Source: Macrostomum lignano (lineage: Eukaryota). Taken from it: a DNA stretch of 55,752 nucleotides. Shown here piece after piece: positions 1 through 10,500 of the stretch. The translations under genes and the position numbers were made by a program. Each line of letters starts with the position of its first letter. Position 1 is the stretch's first letter. The stretch is from positions 46,877 to 102,628 of the forward strand of contig NIVC01000167.1 in NCBI GenBank assembly GCA_002269645.1, given 5' to 3'. The notes beneath the pieces are model-generated. The model searched no databases and was not told the DNA's origin. It saw nothing but the letters and a program-made list of their open reading frames with translations.

Positions 1-3000
1 CTCCCTAGCAGTGCTGGTGGTACACGCTCCTCCTCGAAGTGGGCCGCCTCCTCCTCCCAGCTGACGCACTCTTCCGCGTACACGTACATCTTGTCGAAGG
101 CTTCGTGCTCCTGCAACAAGCCTCGCTCATCAGGCACTGGCAGGTCGGCTTCTTCTGCGGATGGCTTCTTCTTCGCCTCTTCCTCAACGGCCTCGAAGAA
201 GTGCTTCTTCTCCTCTCGCCGCCAGAGCTCTTCCTCCCTAGCCAGTGCTGGTGGTACACGCTCCTCCTCGAAGTGGGCCGCCTCCTCCTCCCAGCTGACG
301 CACTCTTCCGCGTACACGTACATCTTGTCGAAGGCTTCGTGCTCCTGCAACAAGCCTCGCTCATCAGGCACTGGCAGGTCGGCTTCTTCTGCGGATGGCT
401 TCTTCTTCGCCTCTTCCTCAACGGCCTCGAAGAAGTGCTTCTTCTCCTCTCGCCGCCAGAGCTCTTCCTCCCTAGCCAGTGCTGGTGGTACACGCTCCTC
501 CTCGAAGTGGGCCGCCTCCTCCTCCCAGCTGACGCACTCTTCCGCGTACACGTACATCTTGTCGAAGGCTTCGTGCTCCTGCAACAAGCCTCGCTCATCA
601 GGCACTGGCAGGTCGGCTTCTTCTGCGGATGGCTTCTTCTTCGCCTCTTCCTCAACGGCCTCGAAGAAGTGCTTCTTCTCCTCTCGCCGCCAGAGCTCTT
701 CCTCCCTAGCCAGTGCTGGTGGTACACGCTCCTCCTCGAAGTGGGCCGCCTCCTCCTCCCAGCTGACGCACTCTTCCGCGTACACGTACATCTTGTCGAA
801 GGCTTCGTGCTCCTGCAACAAGCCTCGCTCATCAGGCACTGGCAGGTCGGCTTCTTCTGCGGATGGCTTCTTCTTCGCCTCTTCCTCAACGGCCTCGAAG
901 AAGTGCTTCTTCTCCTCTCGCCGCCAGAGCTCTTCCTCCCTAGCCAGTGCTGGTGGTACACGCTCCTCCTCGAAGTGGGCCGCCTCCTCCTCCCAGCTGA
1001 CGCACTCTTCCGCGTACACGTACATCTTGTCGAAGGCTTCGTGCTCCTGCAACAAGCCTCGCTCATCAGGCACTGGCAGGTCGGCTTCTTCTGCGGATGG
1101 CTTCTTCTTCGCCTCTTCCTCAACGGCCTCGAAGAAGTGCTTCTTCTCCTCTCGCCGCCAGAGCTCTTCCTCCCTAGCCAGTGCTGGTGGTACACGCTCC
1201 TCCTCGAAGTGGGCCGCCTCCTCCTCCCAGCTGACGCACTCTTCCGCGTACACGTACATCTTGTCGAAGGCTTCGTGCTCCTGCAACAAGCCTCGCTCAT
1301 CAGGCACTGGCAGGTCGGCTTCTTCTGCGGATGGCTTCTTCTTCGCCTCTTCCTCAACGGCCTCGAAGAAGTGCTTCTTCTCCTCTCGCCGCCAGAGCTC
1401 TTCCTCCCTAGCCAGTGCTGGTGGTACACGCTCCTCCTCGAAGTGGGCCGCCTCCTCCTCCCAGCTGACGCACTCTTCCGCGTACACGTACATCTTGTCG
1501 AAGGCTTCGTGCTCCTGCAACAAGCCTCGCTCATCAGGCACTGGCAGGTCGGCTTCTTCTGCGGATGGCTTCTTCTTCGCCTCTTCCTCAACGGCCTCGA
1601 AGAAGTGCTTCTTCTCCTCTCGCCGCCAGAGCTCTTCCTCCCTAGCCAGTGCTGGTGGTACACGCTCCTCCTCGAAGTGGGCCGCCTCCTCCTCCCAGCT
1701 GACGCACTCTTCCGCGTACACGTACATCTTGTCGAAGGCTTCGTGCTCCTGCAACAAGCCTCGCTCATCAGGCACTGGCAGGTCGGCTTCTTCTGCGGAT
1801 GGCTTCTTCTTCGCCTCTTCCTCAACGGCCTCGAAGAAGTGCTTCTTCTCCTCTCGCCGCCAGAGCTCTTCCTCCCTAGCCAGTGCTGGTGGTACACGCT
1901 CCTCCTCGAAGTGGGCCGCCTCCTCCTCCCAGCTGACGCACTCTTCCGCGTACACGTACATCTTGTCGAAGGCTTCGTGCTCCTGCAACAAGCCTCGCTC
2001 ATCAGGCACTGGCAGGTCGGCTTCTTCTGCGGATGGCTTCTTCTTCGCCTCTTCCTCAACGGCCTCGAAGAAGTGCTTCTTCTCCTCTCGCCGCCAGAGC
2101 TCTTCCTCCCTAGCCAGTGCTGGTGGTACACGCTCCTCCTCGAAGTGGGCCGCCTCCTCCTCCCAGCTGACGCACTCTTCCGCGTACACGTACATCTTGT
2201 CGAAGGCTTCGTGCTCCTGCAACAAGCCTCGCTCATCAGGCACTGGCAGGTCGGCTTCTTCTGCGGATGGCTTCTTCTTCGCCTCTTCCTCAACGGCCTC
2301 GAAGAAGTGCTTCTTCTCCTCTCGCCGCCAGAGCTCTTCCTCCCTAGCCAGTGCTGGTGGTACACGCTCCTCCTCGAAGTGGGCCGCCTCCTCCTCCCAG
2401 CTGACGCACTCTTCCGCGTACACGTACATCTTGTCGAAGGCTTCGTGCTCCTGCAACAAGCCTCGCTCATCAGGCACTGGCAGGTCGGCTTCTTCTGCGG
2501 ATGGCTTCTTCTTCGCCTCTTCCTCAACGGCCTCGAAGAAGTGCTTCTTCTCCTCTCGCCGCCAGAGCTCTTCCTCCCTAGCCAGTGCTGGTGGTACACG
2601 CTCCTCCTCGAAGTGGGCCGCCTCCTCCTCCCAGCTGACGCACTCTTCCGCGTACACGTACATCTTGTCGAAGGCTTCGTGCTCCTGCAACAAGCCTCGC
2701 TCATCAGGCACTGGCAGGTCGGCTTCTTCTGCGGATGGCTTCTTCTTCGCCTCTTCCTCAACGGCCTCGAAGAAGTGCTTCTTCTCCTCTCGCCGCCAGA
2801 GCTCTTCCTCCCTAGCCAGTGCTGGTGGTACACGCTCCTCCTCGAAGTGGGCCGCCTCCTCCTCCCAGCTGACGCACTCTTCCGCGTACACGTACATCTT
2901 GTCGAAGGCTTCGTGCTCCTGCAACAAGCCTCGCTCATCAGGCACTGGCAGGTCGGCTTCTTCTGCGGATGGCTTCTTCTTCGCCTCTTCCTCAACGGCC

Positions 3001-4590
3001 TCGAAGAAGTGCTTCTTCTCCTCTCGCCGCCAGAGCTCTTCCTCCCTAGCCAGTGCTGGTGGTACACGCTCCTCCTCGAAGTGGGCCGCCTCCTCCTCCC
3101 AGCTGACGCACTCTTCCGCGTACACGTACATCTTGTCGAAGGCTTCGTGCTCCTGCAACAAGCCTCGCTCATCAGGCACTGGCAGGTCGGCTTCTTCTGC
3201 GGATGGCTTCTTCTTCGCCTCTTCCTCAACGGCCTCGAAGAAGTGCTTCTTCTCCTCTCGCCGCCAGAGCTCTTCCTCCCTAGCCAGTGCTGGTGGTACA
3301 CGCTCCTCCTCGAAGTGGGCCGCCTCCTCCTCCCAGCTGACGCACTCTTCCGCGTACACGTACATCTTGTCGAAGGCTTCGTGCTCCTGCAACAAGCCTC
3401 GCTCATCAGGCACTGGCAGGTCGGCTTCTTCTGCGGATGGCTTCTTCTTCGCCTCTTCCTCAACGGCCTCGAAGAAGTGCTTCTTCTCCTCTCGCCGCCA
3501 GAGCTCTTCCTCCCTAGCCAGTGCTGGTGGTACACGCTCCTCCTCGAAGTGGGCCGCCTCCTCCTCCCAGCTGACGCACTCTTCCGCGTACACGTACATC
3601 TTGTCGAAGGCTTCGTGCTCCTGCAACAAGCCTCGCTCATCAGGCACTGGCAGGTCGGCTTCTTCTGCGGATGGCTTCTTCTTCGCCTCTTCCTCAACGG
3701 CCTCGAAGAAGTGCTTCTTCTCCTCTCGCCGCCAGAGCTCTTCCTCCCTAGCCAGTGCTGGTGGTACACGCTCCTCCTCGAAGTGGGCCGCCTCCTCCTC
3801 CCAGCTGACGCACTCTTCCGCGTACACGTACATCTTGTCGAAGGCTTCGTGCTCCTGCAACAAGCCTCGCTCATCAGGCACTGGCAGGTCGGCTTCTTCT
3901 GCGGATGGCTTCTTCTTCGCCTCTTCCTCAACGGCCTCGAAGAAGTGCTTCTTCTCCTCTCGCCGCCAGAGCTCTTCCTCCCTAGCCAGTGCTGGTGGTA
4001 CACGCTCCTCCTCGAAGTGGGCCGCCTCCTCCTCCCAGCTGACGCACTCTTCCGCGTACACGTACATCTTGTCGAAGGCTTCGTGCTCCTGCAACAAGCC
4101 TCGCTCATCAGGCACTGGCAGGTCGGCTTCTTCTGCGGATGGCTTCTTCTTCGCCTCTTCCTCAACGGCCTCGAAGAAGTGCTTCTTCTCCTCTCGCCGC
4201 CAGAGCTCTTCCTCCCTAGCCAGTGCTGGTGGTACACGCTCCTCCTCGAAGTGGGCCGCCTCCTCCTCCCAGCTGACGCACTCTTCCGCGTACACGTACA
4301 TCTTGTCGAAGGCCTCGTGCTCCTGCAACAAGCCTCGCTCATCAGGCACTGGCAGGTCGGCTTCTTCTGCGGATGGCTTCTTCTTCGCCTCTTCCTCAAC
4401 GGCCTCGAAGAAGTGCTTCTTCTCCTCTCGCCGCCAGAGCTCTTCCTCCCTAGCCAGTGCTGGTGGTACACGCTCCTCCTCGAAGTGGGCCGCCTCCTCC
4501 TCCCAGCTGACGCACTCTTCCGCGTACACGTACATCTTGTCGAAGGCCTCGTGCTCCTGCAACAAGCCTCGCTCATCAGGCACTGGCAGG
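1..4590. repeat. 234-bp coding tandem repeat, ~19.6 near-identical copies
   Basis: Exact 234-nt periodicity. One T/C variant in the two rightmost copies and a 1-bp deletion at ~9-10 (ctagcagt vs ctagccagt). Confidence 0.97.
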
Positions 4591-6071
4591 TTGGCCTTTT
4601 TTGCTTGTTTTCTAATTGCCTTAAAAATTTGCTTCTTTTGTAAGGGTTCGGCGATTGAGAGCGTGACTTCGTATTCAGTAACAAGGATGTGTTGAAGTTC
4701 TTGTAGTTCTGAATCGACGATGGAGCCCGTCATGATAATTTTTTTTTCTCCTTTTTTTGCTTGCTGAGTTTTTAATGGGACTAAGCTTTGTTCGAGTAGA
4801 ATGTAATTTTCATCTACGTGTTCACTTATTAGATTCGAATAGAGTTCTGGAATGGATTGGATAATGTTTATTTGTTGTTCCACTTGATGGCTCAGAATAA
4901 CGTTCGGTGTTATTTTTCTGAGTTCGTCTGGTTGTAACATCGTCGTAGCAGCATCGGTGAACTCAGCGCTTCCACAGTCCGGGCTTGAAACTTTGCTGCC
5001 TTTTGTAGTTTGTAGTTCGTCGACTTTTTTAACCGATTCGTTTCTTGTCTCAGTTGTGGAAAATTCTTCAAATAATGACACAGTTGCTTCATATTCAGTA
5101 ATTGTTGTTTGCTGAACGATAAGCTGTTCAGGCTTAGTAAGCAATGCCATCATAGGAACTGGTTCATGGACATCTGTAGCTTCCACCATCTCTTCTTGGA
5201 AATCACTGTTGAAAGTGTGTAGGTGCTGCTGAGCTTGAAGGTAATGGTCATTTACTTGTTCTTGAATTAGTGTCCAAGAATCTGCTCGAACAGATTCACG
5301 ATTATTTTTTGGATGTTGAACCTGATGGTTGACAACAAGAGTACTGCTTAGTGCTGTCTGTTCCTCATCTTTTAACACAGAGATCCACTCAACCTCAAGA
5401 GTCTCCCACTCAGTGGCACATGAAGAGCCGCTTGCACTTTTATTCTGAGACAATATCACTCTATTTACCAGTTCATTGTTGCCAGACGCCTCAGTACCCC
5501 AGTGGCCTAACCAATATTTAGGTTCCTTTGTTTTTTGAGCTTCTTTTTCTACTGGCTTCGAATGAGCTTCCGATTGGGCGCTTGTCGCGATGTTTTTGCT
5601 CATTGCACTTTCGTTGCTGGGGCGAAGTCGAACTGAGCATAGCGGGCTAATCTGGTTTTCTAGTGAGCAGCGCAGACGAAAGAAGAGAGACTGGCTTCCT
5701 GTGGCAATGCTTGGTTGATTTTGTCTGGACTCGACTGTCTGTCTGAGTGGCATTTGTTCCAAAGCTTGCGGATGCTGCCTTGCACCAAATGACCGCTGAC
5801 TATCGACATCGTGCTCTGTAGAAACTGGAGCAGCCTGATTCTTACTGACACTCCTGTGATGGGTTGGAGCCGATTCAGACCGTGTTTCGGTCGCAATCGC
5901 AAACTGCGAATGATGTAGTTGTGGTGCTCGTTCTGATCGATAATTGCTAATGATGATTGGCAAAGGGATAGGCGGCGGTTGAGTATTTGGCAGAGCGAGT
6001 CTCACTTTCAGCTTTTTTGTACTTCTATCGCGGCGAATTCCTGGTTGATTGAAGTATTGCGCGACGCTGAA
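1..6071 (-). CDS. Giant acidic tandem-repeat protein, partial (3' end beyond left edge). About 500 aa of polar unique sequence is followed by ~19.6 x 78-aa repeats (LPVPDERGLLQEHEAFDKMYVYAEECVSWEEEAAHFEEERVPPALAREEELWRREEKKHFFEAVEEEAKKKPSAEEAD)
   Basis: Manual translation of the minus frame whose codons occupy + positions 3n..3n+2 gives no stop from 6071 to the window edge (upstream in-frame TGA at 6072-6074; first ATG at 5753). The frame stays open across ~1.5 kb of AT-rich non-repetitive DNA (4590-6071). The only internal unit variant (4313, 4547) is synonymous in this frame (GAA/GAG). The true 5' exon structure is unresolved. Confidence 0.8.
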
Positions 6072-7575
6072 TCACTGCGCGTAGAATCAATTGTGCAGAG
6101 CAATCGAAGCTCGGCCGTGCAGGTTTGATTAGACTCCTGTATTCGAACTTTGATTGGGTTCCTATGGTAATCGAAATCAGTAGTGGAATTTTTGTCGCCA
6201 GTAGAAGTACTTACAGCATTGAAATCACAACTAAACTCGTCTTCGACTCGAGAATCGGTCTCAGCGAAGCTCGGATGAATTCGATTTTGCTTACTTTTTC
6301 TTCGTTTCATTTGTTGAAACTTTGGTTGTCAAGAAGAGAATTCCTGAAATGGGTTATTTGAACGGATGCGTGCAAAATAAAGCAGAAAAATGTAAAACTT
6401 ACATGAACAGGCAATGTCGCTTTCTGGTCTGGAAATGTTAGTTAATTAAATAAAGGTAAAAATGAGATTAACTCTACTGTTTACGCAGAATGTGAGCTTT
6501 TATTACAAGCAGCTACGCTGATTGCTTTCAAGGCGCAAGCATTTAACTGTTAGTTCAACCCACAGACGTTTTCTGTTGAGATTCTTTCTCAGGAATTCCT
6601 TGGTTTTCTTGATAAAAATATTCAATGCATTCGTTAAACCAACGAAGACCAAAATGCAAATTTTTCCCTTTAGTTTTTGAAGAGGATGCAATTTTTTTCC
6701 TTTCGTTTTTGATGAGGACGCACTTTTTCAGATTATACAGCACGGACTACTAGCAATCGGCCGCCAGAGTTTTGTCAGTTGTCTGATTTCTCACTTTTCC
6801 GAATTTTCCCAAATGCCATCATGATCCTTCTACTGAATTTGTCCTTTGGGGTCGTACTATAAAGATGTCGTAGCGTAAGTTCGATCGTACGTCGGAACTT
6901 TTACACTGCGGAGATAGGAGCCAAGAACGATCTTATCTGGCCGGGGATCTCAGCTCTTCTTGTATTTCTAAGCTGTGTGCTCTTGCATGGTTCCATTGAT
7001 AACCAATTCATAGCTGATGAATAATCAGCTTTGAAAAATGTGTGTTTTCTAGTGCTCCCAGCTACAAGACAGTAAAACACGAATTTGGAACAGAAACGAA
7101 AAGGGCCTCTAAACACGGCTTTTTAAAATTGTATAACAAATTCCAGTGCTTCTTAAAAAAACAGGAAAAGCAGTCTTGATTTAAATAAAAATTAGAACTT
7201 TTTCTTTAAAATGAGTTTACTTTTAATTCTATTACGACAACATATTAAATGCACATTGTTTTGATTCATCTTCAACAACATTAGCTATCAGTAAGAGTAC
7301 TATGACGACCTTTAGACTTGTCACTTTATCCAACCAACCAGCCAAGTAAAAATAAATTGAGAACCGAAAACGGAAGTATTATACATTAATAAGTCAAATT
7401 CAAACTTTATTCGAAGATATTTCATTACATTTACTTCTCATTCAACTTTTTTTAGCAATTGTAAGCTTGTTTTCAACCTACCAATTATAGCCTGCATATA
7501 TTAAATACTCACTTCAACAATACTTAGTTCGTTATTAATTGACTCTCCAAAAGGCTTACTAACCTGAACTGAACC

Positions 7576-10500
7576 ATGCTTAAGTTGGAATCGACTGCTT
7601 TGTTCTTATCACTGTTAGTCCTGAATTCATCTGCATTCTATTTGCCAGGATTAGCACCTGTCAATTATTGTGAACAGGAAAATGAAAATAATTGCAAGGT
7701 AAGCAGATTTTATTTAGAGTAACTTGCTTTTAATTCAATTCTAATCTAGTATCCTAGCTAATAACTGTATGTTAAATCAACTTAAATGGTTGTTGTGTTG
7801 AGAGATATTAAGATTGGACATTTTTTAAATTAATTAGAATAATTTAAATCAATTATTAATAATTGTTATTAATATTACACAAAATTTTATCCTAAAATAT
7901 AATCATAAAAAGTCTTTAAGGTGTCTTCATTCCTTTAAATATAAATTTGTATTTTAATAATATATATTAATAGAATGTATATAAAAGGTAAGCCTATATT
8001 TAAGCTTTTAAATTTTAGATAAAATGCAACGATACCACAAAATGTAAACCCAGCATCCAAATTAAATGCTTCCTATGGTTTTAGAATTAGTTTAGTGATA
8101 AAATACCATGAATTTATATGTTAATATAATTTATAATATATAATATAATATATTAATATATATTATCAAAAGTATCAAAAAGAAAATAGATAAACAAGTA
8201 AACTGTAAAGTAGTATTCCATTGTAAAAAAAGGTTCATGTGCCATAGCCATAGCTGTAAGCAAAACTATGGCCTTTTCTAATTCTCCATATTCCATAGTT
8301 GTAGGGATCCCAATATTATCATATTCTTATAATTCCCATAGTCATAGCCATAGTCTTAACAAAAAGTCTAAGAACCAAAATATTTTGAATCAAAAAGATA
8401 ACCTGCAATCTGCAATTTGATTGAATCAAAAAGATAACCTGCAAACACTTAATTGACTTTATAAGACTATATTTTATCTTTTTTATAAAGTAACAAATAA
8501 CAATACTTAATCATTATTAAAAGTACTAATGTACAATTTTTTATATTACTAAAAGTTAGAGTTTGCTTGTGTTTTATTAAACTTTATTATGTGCAGGGCC
8601 CCTCCCGATTTCTTTATAAAATAGTCACCGTTTAGTCAATTTGAATTCATGCCAAAACTAAGAAACATATTTTGTTTTAATACTTGTATTTTCTATAATA
8701 TTTTGCGCTAACAAATTTTTGTTTAAAACTGTAGCAAATTTTATAGTATAAATAGAAGCATTTTTGGCAGAGGAGAGACCAACCTCGCGCATCGCGGTTC
8801 ACTAACAAAACAGTCATATCAAAGAATAATAGTTCCAAGAAAATAAGAATTGAAGAAGTGTTTTCTATGTTGATTCTTTTTAAGAAGTGAGAGTGAAATA
8901 GACTGAAGAGTATACAGTACATACTATTGAGAAGCAGCAGTATTGAGTAGTAAGAGAATACGAAGCAGATTTGAAGTGATATGTGTAAGAATAACCGAAG
9001 GCTGTGACCCTCTGATCTTGGTAATGCCCAAGGACTTGCAAAGTACATAAAATATATATACAGTATAGCTAGTAGACTGCTCAGGCCAAAAGTACAGTGA
9101 ACGCTACTGGAATCAGAATAAACGCTACCAGAATAACAGAGGAGTAAAATCTTTCAAGGCTAATAGTTTTCTAAGAATAATACTCAGACTAAATACTCAG
9201 ACCTATTCTAAGAAATATTCTCAGACTTATTCTAAGATTAATAAACTCATAATTTATTAATAGAATAGTCTTGGTGGCAGCTACCAACATTTATAAACAG
9301 GAGTTTAGCCCTTTGACAACTTTAGTGACAGCTGTGGAATCATTTGAAGAGACAGAAGAATCAGCCCTTTGACAACTTGGTTGCAGTAGTGGGATAATTT
9401 CAGTGAGAGCAATTACGCCTTTGACAACTTTGGTGTCAGCAGTTGAGATTTAAATAGAGAGAACAAGAAACACTTTGACAACTTGGTGTCAGCAGTTGAG
9501 ATTTCTAGAGAGAGCTGAAAGGCCTATGACAATTACTATTAGGTATCAACTATAAGTTTCTAAGTCTAAAATACAATTTACCAAAGTATCTTTATTTTAC
9601 TCTACCTGTTTTAATGTTTAAAACTAAAATCATTTTATTTTATAACCTCATTGCTTTCAAATTATAAAAAAAACAGTTTTTGAAAAACTTGTCACCATTT
9701 TTTGATTTTGCTATATGCATATTTTTATTATATTATCTCTTATTTAGAATACCTAAATGTTTAATTAATTCTAACTTTTTAAAATTATCATGTTGATATA
9801 ATTTCAACTATAAATTTAGACACTAAGTTTAAAATCTGCTAAATATTTTATATTTAGCATCAATATCAAACTAGTAGTATATATTAATGTTGCTATACTT
9901 TGTTCTAATTTTAGCAATTTTTTGAACATTGACAAAGACAAATTAAGCAGTTTTTCCAAAGATACCTTTAGTTAATTGCCATAAACTATCACAGCTACTA
10001 TACTATATGAATATAGTAGTTGACCTGTTTACTTAAGACCCAGGCTAGGTGAGAAAAAGAAAGTTGATATTCTAATTACCAAAGAAATATTTATTCTAAG
10101 GTCTAGACATAGCCTAGGTCTATTATACATTTAAGCATAGTTTAGCTATAGTTAAGTTTATTTTAATTGGGTCAATATTAGAGGAATTTTTATGAATATA
10201 TTTATTTGTGTATATGTATATATATAGAAGATATATATTCATATAAAACTTCTAATATTATTTATTCAAATAATGAAGTATAATATAATTGAATGCTAAA
10301 TATTTTTGAGAACTATTGCCCTGATCTATTATTTTAATAGTATATTTGAGCTCATATATTGTTATAGGCATAAATACAAGTCCAATTTTACTTTTATATG
10401 AATATATAGTTTATTTACATTTTCTTTGCTTGTAAAATTTAAATGGTGGCTTTATAGTTCTATTCTATTTAGCTGCTTAGATCAAAATGAAATTTCTTAT

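Noticed and set aside
13-20. Chi octamer GCTGGTGG in every 234-bp unit and Chi-like cores in satellites
   Set aside because: Chi is a RecBCD signal with no established role here, and the match follows from Pro-Pro-Ala codons and GC content.
5-4695. Track ORFs 5..4684(-), 39..4643(+) and 91..4695(+) as genes or as a multi-frame coding system
   Set aside because: These are shadow frames. A 234-bp GC-rich unit without a stop stays open in all copies, these ORFs end within ~100 bp of the array edge, and the Leu/Phe-rich product is simply the antisense of GAG/AAG codons. Only the Glu-rich frame continues through unique DNA.
8230-8355. Gly/Tyr-rich (eggshell-like) coding relic on the minus strand (DYGYDYG..., SYGYG)
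   Set aside because: It requires several frameshifts and is explained by short CCATAG repeats.
9308-9533. CRISPR array
   Set aside because: Eukaryotic intron, no cas genes, degenerate repeats and partly homologous spacers.
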